A stretch of DNA of 64,000 nucleotides from positions 77,004,001-77,068,000 of the forward strand of contig NC_042997.1 of the NCBI RefSeq assembly GCF_006345805.1. The letters are read 5' to 3'. A program made the position numbers and the translations under genes. Positions within the stretch are counted from its first letter, which is position 1. The number at the start of each line of letters is the position of its first letter. The notes beneath the pieces were generated by a model that had not been told where the DNA came from, ran no database searches, and saw only the letters and a program-made list of their open reading frames with translations. This stretch comes from Octopus sinensis. Lineage: Eukaryota. Shown here piece by piece: positions 38,801-52,322 of this stretch.

Positions 38801-39235
38801 GTTGAGGCAAGTGAAAATCGAAATCGATCAACATCAATGGAAATTGTAGCTGTGATACTAGTGCCGGTGGCACGTAAGAGAACCACCCAAACGTGGCCAT
38901 TGCCAGTACCGCCCCGACAGGCCTCTGTGCCGGTGGCACATAAAGAGCACCATTCGATTGTGGCTGTTGCCAGCCTCGTCTGGCCCACGTGCCAGCGGCA
39001 CGTAAAAAGCACCATCTGATTGTGGCCATTTGCCAGCCTTGTTGGGCACCTGTGCAGGTGGCACGTAAAAAGCACCCACTACACTCACGGAGTGGTTGGC
39101 GTTAGGAAGGGCATCCAGCTGTAGAAACACTGCCAGATCAGACTGGGCCTGGCGCAGCCTTCTGGCTTCCCAGACCTCAGTTGAACCGTCCAACCCATGC
39201 TAGCATGGAAAATGGACATTAAACGATGATGATGA
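35860..39235 (+). mobile_element. 5'-truncated RTE LINE with multiple stops and frameshifts
   Basis: ORFs 35858..36478 (APE), 36695..37588 (RT), 37862..38305 (PHD), 38434..38709; (GAT)n tail. Confidence 0.95.
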
Positions 39236-42116
39236 ATACTATACTTCACTGAGGACATTTTATTAAGACTGAAGCATGTCTGGAGTTGTCACCATACTTA
39301 TCAAAGATATGATACATTCTCCAGTCTACCTCTGAATGTTTAATTCCTTTGAATTTTGCAATTCTTTCGTTTGTTTCTCTGGAGAAGTAATCATTGGTAC
39401 AGACAGAATATTTGCACTCTAATTTAACCTACAAGATGGCTTAATAACTTTTAAGTTTATCTCAGTTCTTCTGATTTATAATGTGATGTGCATAAAAAGT
39501 TATTGTTTAATTGGTGACAGGCCATCTAGAGAAAAAATATACAAATTAGGCTAACAATCATGTTAGTAGCCTAATTATCAACAGCTGATCCATGATTAGA
39601 AAAGGAAGCCTGGTACACCTTTTCTGAGGAATAGTCACAAATGATGAAACAGTCCATCAGGAGACTTGCTCCTCTTTTTTTTCTACCTATAGGAGGAATG
39701 TGTTCATATTCTTGTGTAATCCACAGTGTCTTTATATCATTTAAATTCATTTCACATCTGATTTATGCTTGCTTGTACATAAGTAGATTTATATGTGTTT
39801 GTGGTTGTTGACATTCTGTGTCTTTGTATTTCACAGCTTTAGTAATAAGCAGTGATGTAATGTTTACATCCCCTTTAGCTCTGCACATGTGATGTCCAGT
39901 GGAATAAAAAGTAAAATTCCTGATTTGAAAAATAAGCGTAGGAGGCAACAGGAAGGGATTCTGATTGTAAAATTTTGCCTCAATAAGTTTCTTTCCAACC
40001 AATGCCAGCATGGAGGACTTGTATTATAAAATGAAGAAATTTTTTTTTTTATTATTATTATAGTAGAATTTCTATCATATAAACACACACACACACATAC
40101 AACTGTATATGTCTGTTTGAGATAGCCTCCAGTAAGAAACTTTTTGTACATAATGCTGAATTTTATTTACATACACTCACACATGAATACCTATTTATTC
40201 ATGTGTAAGTGTAGATAAAATTCTGAAATGCAGCATTATATGATTGTCTCAGTAAAACTGTAGAACTTTTTTTAAGTTTGGCATGTCTCTACCTAGTTAT
40301 ATTGTATTGTTTTTTAATTTTGATGGAGTTGGAGACGGTTTTCTATTTTGTTGGAGATATTAGAAAAAAATATATAGCAAAGCTAACATATCAGGAAGAA
40401 ATTTCTAATACATTTCAGCAAAGTTTTGGAGGGGGTTTATCTTTTTTTTTTTTATGCTTATTTCAGTCCAACTTGAAGTTTCTGTTGTAATACAATCACA
40501 TGCCTAATCTTTATTCTTGAATTTTCAACCTTATAAAATTCACTTTATGTCAGAGATATTTCTACAGTACAGCCGATATAAATCTTCCTAAGTTTTTCCT
40601 TCTCATTGTTACTTCTTGTCTTCTATTGATTTCAGTTCTTTTACATTTTACACATGATTTACCAATGCCCTTTGCATATGCTGCATACTCACACAAATAC
40701 ACTTGCATATACATGCAAGTAGGCTTGTAAACTTTTTTATATAACTAAATTATCAGATATGCAAATGCCATCTTCATTTGAAAAAACATCACAAATTTTT
40801 AAAATCTAAATTTATGAAACTTTTATTCACCAACAAAATATACTGAGTGATTTATAAAGTTAGCTATAAATTGTTTGCATTCATTACCCAGTATTTAAAA
40901 AAGCTGCTCCTGTGGTAGATAAATAAGATTGTACATATTACAAAATAATAATAATAATGATGATGGTTAAACTCAGATTAGCATGATGCTACAAATAATC
41001 AAAGAAAGAATGAAGTTAATTAAACTAGCCTCATGACATTACTGGCACTCTCTTGATTCTTGATGTATGGGAGTTCGGCCTCGAGTGGTTATAAATATAA
41101 AATAGATAGATGTAAGTAAACTGTAGGATTCATTCATGCAGCACTCTACCTTTTTTGCTGCACCAACCTAATAATTGTCATAAGGCATTGAGTTTTGGGT
41201 GGTGGGATTAAATGCTAATTATTACAATACTTGAACAGGTATTTCTTTATCATTCAGAAAGATAAAAAGCAAAGCCACCCTCAGCTGGATGTAAACTCAA
41301 GACATACAGGAATATAATTAGATATTACAAAGCTTTTTGTCCATTGTGGTACTAATTCTAGCACCAAAAACAAGTTGTAGGTGGATGAAAGACATAAATG
41401 CTTCAGTAGGATACTCTTTGTGGTCATTAAAGTATTCTCATTGATAGAAAAAATTTGGAAAATTAAACTCTCAAATGAAATGCGTTCTGTCATTGAGAGA
41501 TTAACATTAAAAACCTAACAGTTATATGTACAAAACACATTTCCCAATATACTTGACTGATATTTCTTTTGATTGAAGCATCAGCTTGAGTCTATGAAGA
41601 TTAACAACTGTCATATGTGATTTGTGTTACATCTACATTATTGAGAGAAATCCACAAGTTTTGGTTTATATAATTCTGTCACACTGCACCTGTGTGTGTG
41701 TGTTATAAATGAGTGTCTTTTTTCTACACCTACAGCTAGATACTTTATAATACAACAGCTACCAAGTGGACGAGCATTTTTCAGCCTTTTGATGAACAAT
41801 CCAAATTTAATCCACTTCATCAAAAAATAAATTATGGTGCAGACACATATGCTTCCATAAAAGATCAAATGATAACTGATTATTGCAATTTGGATTATAT
41901 TGAATATACTTTAAGAACTTTTTTCATTGCTTCCTTTATGTGCTGTAGGAAGTTTCCAAATAAAGTAGACCTCTAAGGTTTTAAATCTTATCTTTCAGCT
42001 CCAGAGAGATGTATGGTTTATTCATTTGTTTTTATGGCACAGTAACTTGGGAATTTTTATTGAAAATTGTATTAGAAGTGTTTTTGATCTAATTCTTTGG
42101 AATATTGAATATTCAG

Positions 42117-42289
42117 GAATTGTTGCTGTATTGCTGTTGCAGCTGAGGTAGGATTTATGTTTTAAAATTTTTATCAATTTTTAACTAAATTTTTGTTAGT
42201 TTTCTTTTCTTAACTACATATTTTCAAATTTCCAGAAATGTATGAATAGTGAATGTGCAATCAAAGCATTGGCTGGTGTGTGTAGGAAG
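42117..42289 (+). CDS. Candidate exon pair 42117-42147 and 42236-42289 (NCCCIAVAAE + KCMNSECAIKALAGVCRK)
   Basis: Canonical AG/GT sites, 88 nt intron with pyrimidine tract, phase-compatible open frame. Confidence 0.45.
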
Positions 42290-42999
42290 GTAAATTACAC
42301 TGCTATGGATATACATTACAATCAGATGACAGTGAAAATATACTTCTAACTAATAAACAGTAATAGACTTCTAAATATGTATATGAAAATGAAAATCCTA
42401 TTGCATCCTCTGAATGTATAAAACTCTTATTACAAAACTGAATTTGTTTTATGAATTCATTGAACTTTCATTTGTGTGCTGTATTGCACGTGTAATGTAA
42501 ACATGCTTGAACAACAAAACCCAGGAAGACATGAGATGATGTGATGAAGGCTGATTTCACAGAGGAGGTGTCAAAGGACTGGATGACTTTTGAAATGCAG
42601 TTCTTGAGAAGAGCTGCCTAACTTGAAGAAACACAGATTCTGGAAGCACAGTGTGTGTGTATATATATATGCACAACTTCCTCCTCTCCTTCACTTAAGT
42701 TTCCTCCTCAAGACATTCCCATCACCAATCATCTCTCTAACTGCTCTATTCTGCTAGTGTAATTGAATGTGAGCAGAACTGTATGCTTTAGCTTTTCTCT
42801 GATACTACTTACCTCCACCTTTTGTAGTACTCCAGAACCATTTCACTGTTATCTATCTTTCATTGATAAAACTCCTCTCTCTGTCACTACACATCTCCCT
42901 ATTCTCCACCTGCTATGTCTTACCCATGCTGTTACAACTTACCCAACCACGTCATTCTCTCTCTCTCTCCCAGCCTTTCTCTCTCTTCCAATCAAATGT

Positions 43000-43018
43000 A
43001 TTATCATTATCATCATCA

Positions 43019-43074
<56 letters not shown>

Positions 43075-43080
43075 GTTATT
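43000..43080. repeat. (ATC)n/(ATT)n microsatellite
   Basis: Direct sequence. Confidence 0.95.
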
Positions 43081-43680
43081 AAGGCAGTGAGCTGGCAGAA
43101 TCGTTAGCATGCTGGACGAAACGTTTAGCAGTATTTCGCCATCACTGCCAAAGTTGACTTCACCTTTCTTCCTTTTGGGGTTGATGAAATAAATAACAGT
43201 TGAGCACTGTGGTCAATTTAATCGACTAAACCTCTCCCCTAAAAAATTGCTGGACTTGTACCAAAATCTGATAGAATTATTATTCAGTAGTTTTATTTTT
43301 ATCACATGCTTTCACTGCATTACCAAGTGCAGCTCTGTATGCACTAGGTATGTGCTATGGTTTGTTATGGTGCTCTTATTTTCCTTGTATTGAAACTGCT
43401 TTAAGTAGGATGTGCACGGTGCCTAGTAGTGCTATTTTCTGTATGTTGTATACATTTGTAAGTCCTGGTGTTTTGGTTATCTGGTAGACTCATTAGCACA
43501 CCAGACAAAGTGTTTAGCATTTCTTCTGGCTTTACATTCTGAGTTCAAATGCCACCAAGTTCAGCTTTGCCTTTCATCATTTCATGATCAATAAAATAAG
43601 CACTAGTTGAACACTGAGGTTGATGTAATTGACTAGCCCCACCTCACCAAAATTTTAGATCTTGTGCCTATAACTGAAAG
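43081..43680 (+). mobile_element. Two adjacent copies of the SINE family seen at 22468 (about 43081-43290 and 43480-43680)
   Basis: aaggcagtgagctggcagaatcgttagcatgctggacgaaa head; gccttt/cacctttc...gataaaataa domain. Confidence 0.7.
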
Positions 43681-44094
43681 GACCATTATTTTTACTTTTC
43701 TGCACTGTCATTTGTCTTCTTTCCTTTACCTCCCCCAACTTGTTTCTCATTGGTTACCCTCAATTTCCCCTCAACCCTATCTAATTTATACAGTTGTTAC
43801 TCACTGTTCCCTCTTCCTTACCCCTCCCTACTTACTATCTCTCAAAACTTGTTCATAATATTCACCTTCTCATCTGTTTTCTATCCCTAACCATCTCTCA
43901 CTCTCCCATACCCTCTTGCAACATCTTCCCAGCCACACTTCCTGTTTTCTTGTTTCCACTCACTTCTAATCATCTCATATCTTGAGGGTCTACCCTGATG
44001 CATCATCACAACTATTTTCATCTCTTTCCAGTCCCATCCTGACAACTCTCACAGTCTCTCCTTTATTGTGAATAGTTGTTTTGATCCCCTACAG

Positions 44095-44351
44095 CTGTGG
44101 TCCTCAACCAAGGTCCATATGACCCTTGGTCATCCACATGAGATTTTGTTGCTAAAATTTATGTACAATAAACTGATTATATTTCTACAATACACAAAAT
44201 ATTTTAACAATTTTTTTAATACAATTCCTATTATAATATTTAATTATAAAAGTATAATAGGATTTTTTAAACATTGAATGGCCATAAGGGTCCATCCAAA
44301 TAAAATAGGAATTGAAAGGGTCCATAGGTTAAGATTGGTTGAGAACCAATG
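44095..44351. mobile_element. hAT-like MITE
   Basis: TIR-like ctgtggtcctcaacc and ggttgagaaccaatg; no 8 bp TSD found. Confidence 0.45.
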
Positions 44352-44399
44352 TAAGGAATCTGTTCTGTTCTGGCCCCTTTCTCTCTCACTTTAGTCAAC

Positions 44400-44578
44400 C
44401 TCACTTGTGCCAGTGCCATGATAAAGCAGCCAGTAGTCTGTGTAAAATGGTAGGCATTCGGAAGTTCATCTAGTCATGGAAGCCATAATGAAGCAGATAT
44501 TGGAGCACACCCATCGGATACTGTCTTAAATGTGCAACCCATGCTAGCATGGAACATGGACATTAAATGATAATGACA
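44400..44578 (+). mobile_element. Degenerate RTE tail
   Basis: aacccatgctagcatggaacatggacattaaatgataatgac. Confidence 0.65.
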
Positions 44579-45533
44579 AGGGGAAACTTGATGCCAGCAT
44601 TTGACAATAATCTTACAATTGATTGCAGTAGGTTTGACAATTTCAATACAGAACGCAATTAACCAGAACAGATACTAAGATACTGCAAAGTGTCTCAACC
44701 AATATTCTTTAATTCCACCAGTCCACACATGTGTGTATGTGTCACTGTTAAACATTTTTTTTCTTTCCCAATATGAAACTCCATGATGAATTCTTCTTGT
44801 ATATCTACTGTGTGTATTATTGTTTCAACTCACTGAGCTTTACTGTCTCCCTGTATGGAAAATCAGGTCACTGAGGCACCTCATAACTCATTTATTGCAA
44901 TGTTATTCTAGAATTTTACACTTTTCAAAAGCTAATTGCTTTTTTCTAAATCCTGTTGTAATAACTTAAAATAAATGGGGAAAACATCCAACACCTGGTG
45001 CCGGTTCAGTGAAAGTGCTATTATTTTTGAAAATATTAATATTATAAGCACATTTGTTTATCTTCCTTGTTTGATCTAGAATTAGTTATTTTTAGCATTA
45101 GGGTAATGCATTTACATGCATGATTTCTTTCTAAACAGATCATGTATCTATTTAAGCCAATTAATGATTGATGACTGTTTTTACACTCATGGTATCTAAA
45201 TAAAGCCAGTATCTGTTTAAGACACCTAATGATTGATGAGAGCAGTTTTATCCATGGGATCTGTGAGGTTTTTTTAATCATTGATTTATTAACCTCCTGT
45301 TTTTTCTTACATTGTTTTGAAAACAGTTTTTGGTTCTCAAAGCAATTTTAGTGTATGTGCATATTTTTATGTTATAAAAACAATTTTACATTAATCTAAT
45401 CTTTTGTCAAGTACAAGTTTATTGTTAAACAAGAATATTGTTGGCCTTGTTAAGCCATCATCAGACAATGCCTTAAATGGCCAAAACTTCAAAGTCATTG
45501 TCAACAGTATTCTTGTTTAAGTGTTTATGTATA

Positions 45534-45661
45534 TAGAGTGATTCAAAAGTCACCATACATAGGAAAAATTTTTTTTAATATAAGAAACAGTTAAATACAA
45601 TAAAAACTTTCATATAAAAAAATAAATTGTTCTTATGTATGGTGACTTTGGAATCACCCTG
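45534..45661. mobile_element. Tc1/mariner-type MITE (128 bp) with TA TSD
   Basis: About 30 bp TIRs tagagtgattcaaaagtcaccatacatagg and cttatgtatggtgactttggaatcaccctg, flanked by TA. Confidence 0.8.
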
Positions 45662-45842
45662 TATATATAAAGCTATGTATCTATTGTGCGATCATGAATT
45701 GTATGCAAGTTGACTTATACTGTGAAATAAATCTGAAGAACAGTGTAATACAAACATTGGAGTTTAACCTAACTTTTACAAGTTTTTGTCTCCTTTTGTT
45801 GTGACTGCTATCTTATTATTTAACCTTCACTCACAACCTTAG

Positions 45843-45915
45843 CAAGCTCTCAGAGGTTTTTGAAATTGATGATTTGTTGCTTCAACTTCTGATTGTCAAT
45901 AGTTGTGTGGTCGAT
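45843..45915 (+). CDS. Candidate coding exon (KLSEVFEIDDLLLQLLIVNSCVVD)
   Basis: ...caaccttag acceptor, gtgagc donor, open frame. Confidence 0.33.
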
Positions 45916-46180
45916 GTGAGCATGCTCTCATGATTTCAGTAGGTTGCAGTTCTATGGAAAACTGATTAAGAAAATTGTTGTGTGTGTGTATATGTTTTAA
46001 TGCCTAAGAAGGGTGAGATACTGCTCATCATGTTGGTTTCCTTGGAATTGTACAGAAGTAGAAAGCGGTATCATTTTTATGAAGTCTGGCCATTGTAATG
46101 TGAATGTTTACCAGTCAGAAGAACTACTGGTCTATAATTTTTATGAGTATGGTTGCTTATTCTCATTACTTGTGTGTTAA

Positions 46181-46402
46181 CCCTTTAGCATTCAAACCGG
46201 CCATATCCGGCCAAAAGTATTCTGCCTGTTTTATGTACAAACTGGCCAGATCTGGTCTCTCACACCAGCCCTACAATATCGTTTTAAAAATTAACAGCTA
46301 CCACATCAAAATCTCAAAGCTACAAGATAATGCATGATTAGTTCAAGGCAATGTGGATAAAAAAGGGATTAATTTTGGCAGAATAATGCGAACACTGAAG
46401 GG
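46181..46402. mobile_element. piggyBac-type MITE with TTAA TSD
   Basis: TTAA-CCCTTTAGCATTC ... GAACACTGAAGGG-TTAA. Confidence 0.75.
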
Positions 46403-46771
46403 TTAATAATTAGGGAGAGCATTGTCTTGCAATACATTTCATTGAAATATGTATAGTAACTGTTTTAATCTTGTTGAATGAGACTAGGTTGCCATATTCC
46501 AGAGTCCTATTTTTCTGTGATTTAATTTTTTATCCTTTGTTATTTCTTTGTTTAATTGTTTGATGCTGAGGTTTATTTCTGTTTTGAGCAATGTTGGTGG
46601 GTTGTGTTTGAGGTTGTCACAGTTTTTGTTTTTTATACACATTTGGCTGTTTCCTGTGTGTATTTTAGGAGTGGTACTTGACAATGTTGCTTTATGGGAT
46701 GTTTTTAGGATGTAATTTTGTTGAATGGGTATATTACAATGTACCATATTTACTAAGCCATACTGCTAATC

Positions 46772-46960
46772 TCATCATCATCATCGTCATTGTTTAACAT
46801 CTGTTTTCCATGCTGGTATCGGTTGGATGGTTTGACTGGAGACTGGCAAGCCAGGAGGCCACACCAGGCTCCAATCTGATCTGGCAATTTTTCTACAGCT
46901 GGATGCCCTTCCTAACACCAACTACTCCAAGAGTGTATTGGGTGCTTTTTACATGCCAGT
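46772..46960 (-). mobile_element. RTE 3' tail insertion
   Basis: tcatcatcatc...tttaacatctgttttccatgctgg...ggatgcccttcctaac...ggtgcttttacatgcc. Confidence 0.8.
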
Positions 46961-46989
46961 CAGAGTCTCTCCCATTCACCAATGTGCAG

Positions 46990-47193
46990 CTCTTGGAACT
47001 GCTATACAGCCATTGGAACTGGGCTGTGATCTTGGGAGGCATACTGATGAGCTTGAGAATTTTCCAGAGGGTTGTGTCAAAAGCCACCTTGGGGTTGACA
47101 AAAGCAGTGTAGTGGTGGCAATCTTTGTAGAACTTCTGAGATCTTTCAATGATGACATGAAGGACAAAAAATTAAAGGGACATTTCCAAATTA
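46990..47193 (+). CDS. Candidate coding exon (LGTAIQPLELGCDLGRHTDELENFPEG...KGHFQI)
   Basis: Part of a frame open for more than 100 codons (ORF 46938..47312) with protein-like composition; splice sites only moderate. Confidence 0.33.
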
Positions 47194-50146
47194 GTGAACT
47201 CTATATTTATGTTAACTGTCATTCAGAAGTGTTGAGACTTTATAAGGATGTTACATTTCGGTTCTCATTTGAAAATTGCTTTATATTAAGTCTTATTTAT
47301 ATTTCTTGCTAAAACTAAATACTAGCTCTGCACTCTGCTCTTTGTTTGTACTTTAATGCATGTTAATTTTCCCCAGCTAACCACATAAATAGGTCAGTGT
47401 TGGTAGAGTACAAAATAGCCAACCTGGTGCAACTGTCCAACTGGACAACAGACGTTAAATGATGATGGTGATAATGATCACAGAGATGAGAAAAGTGAGA
47501 GAATTAGGTGAGGATCACATTAGTATTTAGCATATCCAAAACTGAAATGGCCATTAGAAGATGTGGTCAAGCTCATTTTAAGAAACAGAGGTTGGGATAA
47601 AGTTATTTTCTTGAAATTGCTTGATGAAAAATAAGTCAAAAGTACATGAAAATAGTTGAGTGGGGAGCATTGTTTTATGCCCAAGAAAATTGTGTAAGTG
47701 ATAAAATAATTAGAACAAGGACTAGTGATAAGATACATGACAGCATCCTTGTCCCCTATTTGCAGTAGTTTTAATTGGCAGGCAAAGGGACCAGTTTTTT
47801 TAAAGGCTTCATGCAACCTACCAGTGTCTGAAAAGATTAAAACAAATACATATAACTTGACTTTCATGATAGGTGTCTATATCTACTCAAAAAAGAACTT
47901 TCTTTTTAGTATGTGAACTAATATTGCTGGCTATAATAGATTTATATTATCATACATAATCAGTTATGCTAAAGTTCTTTTTAAAATAATGAGTTTACTG
48001 TCTCGAGAATGAAACAGTTCATCCTGTTGATTACATCTTAAATGTAAGTGCAGCATACACTACAGCAACAGTTTTACATTTGTCCTATGGCAGGAGTGTT
48101 CCTGTTAAGATTTTTAAAAAATATACTTATATTTACCTTATCAGATATTTGAAGCACATAGCAAATTCTATCGTTTATTCAGAATTCACTCTACTCTGTG
48201 TCTAACCATTCCAGATCTAAACAGGTATATTGTTTCTCATATTTTTTAGTCAGAAGAGAAGGCATGAATTTTTGCAGGGCCTCTGAGACTTATAGGAGGG
48301 AGGCAAGACAGTACTCTCAAACATGAGACCAGTCCAATTTGCTTATAATATAATGGATTCTTCTAAAGGCAACCAAGGTGCGAAGTGGTGGGGTTAAATT
48401 AGGTGATAGATTAGTTCACCCTCAAAATAGGCCACTGCAGAATTTGAACTCATAGCACAAAGTGCCAGAATAAACACTACAAAGTTATCTGGTTTGACAT
48501 ACAGTTTCATCAATCAACTGTTTCAAATTGATATTTTTTTATCAACATTGAAAGCAGAATTGATCCTGGTGGGATTTGAACTCAGAATTAAGGGAGCTGG
48601 ATTAAATTCATCTTATTCCTATTTCCCCTTCTATTTTTCAAATGTGCATGTGTAGTCAGACCCATGCAAGCAAGAAAAAACAGATCAAAATGTTAATATA
48701 TATATATGCAGGTATGTGTGTGAGAAAAAAGAATAATCTGTACATACAAAGAAGTGATTGGAAAGAATTTCTTTGCAAAAAATGTTGCAATCAAAGATTT
48801 GCTTAATTAAGCATCAAGATGTATATATTGTAAAAACTACCAAGGATATGTCATTTCAACCATGCTCACTAAAAGCACTCAATGAAGCGATGTGTAAGTC
48901 ATGTTCAGTAATGTGTGTTCTATATGTTTTACAAATATATGTATTTTCGTACATAGAGACTGTATTTCATTTCATATGGGAACTCATACTAACATCATTA
49001 TCATCATCATAACTTAACATCCACTTTTCCATGCTTGCATGGTTCAGAGAGAATTTGTTGTGTCAGATTTTCTACAGCTGTTTGTCCTTTGTGTCACCGA
49101 CCATCATCTGTTTCTCAGCAAGGTAATATTTCCCTATGACTTGACATGTTTCTCACAGAAGACTGGAAACAATCACTATTCACTTGTATGATGTTGATAC
49201 TCTGTTACAACCATGTCAGGACAAAATTACAATCACACACATACACAAACACATGCATGCACACACACACACACGCACACACACATACACACCACAGACT
49301 TCATTTGGTTTCCAGATACCAAATCCTCTGCAGAAGACACCCAATGTGCTGCACAGTGAGACTGAATCTAAGACCACATGGTTGGAAAACAAACAAGCTT
49401 CTTGACCACACAATTGCAACTGTGCCTATTAACCATAAGAAGTATATGCAGTGAATATATTAAATATAAGTTGTAATATATTTATGTAATACCATAATAG
49501 CTTTATATATAGGACATGTCATAATATTTATATATTTGTATGGAATACATTCTACATTGATTATTGGCAACTTTTGGTAAATGGACATTGATCATAATGA
49601 AGCCTGACAATATATGTGTGATAACAAATCTATATCAAATTCAGGGAATATATTTTACATCAATGCATTTATTGAATAGCAATTTCAGCTTACTCCTTTT
49701 AAAATGCCCTCACTTTTTCTGGTGCAGATTTAGTAGTGTATGTATGTATACACACACACAATCATGCATGCACACACACATACACACACACCTCAACTTA
49801 AGTCATTTTGAGTTAGCATCTTTTTTATCATTATGTCACTTTTGGGGTTTTTTTTAACATTGGTCTCAGCTAACATGTTTCAAATTAAAAAACACCTAAA
49901 AACTAATACTGAAGTGGAATAGCAAATAAAATACATGTGAAAATATATACAGATTATTTTTTTAAATGGATAAAAGCTAATAATTTTTTTTAATGTATAT
50001 TGTTACAATGTTTTCACTTATACACATGGCTTTTGGGACTGATATTTCTGATATTCAATTTCTACATAGCATTGGAATTGGTACCAGGAAATTAAAATTT
50101 GTGTTTGTGTTTACTTCGTATAAATTTGTACTTTTTTTCATTCACC

Positions 50147-51650
50147 ATGCTCTCCAAGAAAGTTCCTTACTTCTATTCCTTTGGAGGATAAGTTAGCAGT
50201 GTTCAAACACTATAAAAATGGTGAAAAGATTGTAGTGATAGCATGTGCTTATGGCTCAAGTAACATGATGGTATCTAGAATTATTCATGACAAGGAAAGG
50301 ATTTTAACTCACATCTGAGATATCACTCCAAAGATGAAGAGTCTCATAATCTCAAAGAAAAAAGGTAAAATCATTAAAAAAATGGAACAGCTTCTTGCCC
50401 TTTAGCTTCAATGGCATGTCAGTATATTTCCATAAGCTAAATGATAATTGAAGAGAAAATGCTCTCATTGTACAGTGACCTTAAGAAATATCCTGATGAT
50501 ATGACAAAGGATATTAAGGCCAGTGTGCATGGTCTATGCAATTCCAGCATAATGTTATGGTCCAAGGCAAAAGTGTTTCAGGGGACACTTTAGCAGCAGC
50601 TTAGTTTCATGCAACATCAGCAAAGCTTATTGAAAATAATTACTTTATTTCCCAATAAATTTTCAATGGAAACCAGGCTTTTCTGGAAAAGAATGCCAGA
50701 CTGCTCATTCATATCTAAGGAGAAGTCCATACCTGGTTTTAAGGTTTGTAAAGATCATCTGATTCTCATGTTGAGAAGCAGTTGCTTGGTGAAACTGCAA
50801 GTTAAAGCCTCTCTTAGTTTATCATGTAGCAAATCCATGATCACTTCCAATTATATGCATGTCAAACACCAAGGCTTCTGTGACTTGTAATTTTTTTTAT
50901 TGTTGTTTTTTTTTTAATCATTTTGTTCCCGCAAATACTATAAAGTGCAGAAAATTCCATTCAAGATCTTTTTTATTTTAGAGAATGCTCCTGGCCACCT
51001 ACTAAATGTGGTTGACATTTATCTTAATACACCAACCACCTAACACAACTTGACATAGAAACATGTATAAATGCTGTTTGGAAAAAAACTATGCTCTGGA
51101 TTTGCAAACAGTGTAAAATTTGGTATGTAATGATCATACAGTAGAAATGCTTGAGTTATGTATATATTGATGTATACATTTATCTTTAGCATGTTCCAGC
51201 ACACACAAATGTAAATGCCATTTGCAGGTGGATCTTGTCTCAGAAGATAAATATCTTCTGGTAGGCTTTGTGTGTAAGAACACATCTAGCTCTAAAATAT
51301 ATCAGCAAAACATCAGACACCAGTGATTTGACTCAATTTCATCTACTCAGTGGTAGACAAGACATTGGTTGTTTGGAGCTTAGACAGAAACTTCTGTACC
51401 TGTATAGAAAACAGCAAACAAAATATTTGCTGAGGCTTGCCAGGCTGGAATTCAGTATAAGTACACAATGCACTGACAATATAATGTTTACACTTATTTT
51501 TGCTGTGGGATTTTGTTTCAATGTGAATTATCATGTTGATGTGAAGTATGAATTAGTGAAGTTCATTGACACTAAGAAGAAGCTTGTAAATGTTACGAAA
51601 GGTTACTGATTGAGTAGAATGCATAGGAAAGCAAGACAATACTTTTGGAT
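50147..51650 (+). pseudogene. Tigger/pogo transposase relic (CENP-B-type HTH + DDE)
   Basis: IPLEDKLAVFKHYKNGEK, KMEQLL, ETRLFWKRMP...KSIPGFKVCKDHL, ILENAPGH and NAVWKKLC motifs with many stops and frameshifts. Confidence 0.85.
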
Positions 51651-51671
51651 ACATGCAAAAGTTAGTAAAGT

Positions 51672-51912
51672 GTAGTAAAGTAAAGTTCCTTCCCCGAGTC
51701 ATATAGACTCATAAGGGCCAGTTTCTCAGTTTCCATGGTGTATATATTCCCCACCTGGACAGGATGCCAGTCCTTTGCAGGATTACTCATTTTTGCCAGC
51801 TGAATGGAGTGGACTGGAGCAACGTGAAATGAAGTGTTTTGCTTAAGAACACAGTGTATCACCCAGTCCAGGAATCAAAACCGATCATGAGTCCAACATA
51901 CTAACCACTAAT
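51672..51912 (-). mobile_element. tRNA-derived SINE with V-domain-like core
   Basis: Minus strand tagtggttagtatgttggactc head, gactggcatcctgtccagg core, (CTTTA)n tail. Confidence 0.65.
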
Positions 51913-51994
51913 CTATGTGCCTCCACAGTCAGTTGTGGTATAACAATATTATCATTAGCTGCAATAAGGACAAAAAGGAGATACTGCATTACCA

Positions 51995-52322
51995 TAGGAT
52001 GGTGAAGCATGGCCTTCAAACATTGGGCCTCACAGAGGCAATGACAGGAGACCTGAGACCTTTGGAGATATGCTATGATTGAAAAGACCCAGCAACTAAA
52101 GTCAGATCGCAGCCATGGCTAATGCCAGTGTTGCATGTCTGGCCCATTTAAGAGCACCCCTGGTGCGTTAGGTGATATATGCTTTAGAAGACTTGTTGAG
52201 CCAAGTAAAACCAAAATCACAGCTGTGGCCAGTGTCCCCTGACTGGCTCCCATGTCGGTGACACATAAAAAGCACCCAATACCCTCTCGGAGCGGTTTGC
52301 ATTAGGAAGAGCATCCAGCTGT
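51995..52322 (+). mobile_element. RTE 3' fragment, degenerate
   Basis: ggatggtgaagcatggccttcaaacattgggcctcacagag...aaaaagcacccaataccctctcggagcggtt. Confidence 0.7.

Noticed and set aside
38861-39080. CRISPR-like repeat-spacer reading of the GTGCCGGTGGCACGTAAAAAGCACC arrays
   Set aside because: The spacers are homologous to each other, the arrays are part of eukaryotic RTE 3' UTRs, and there are no cas genes.
48215-48224. 10 nt microexon candidate (ctaac...ttccag/ATCTAAACAG/gtatat)
   Set aside because: The splice signals are plausible, but there is no independent support.
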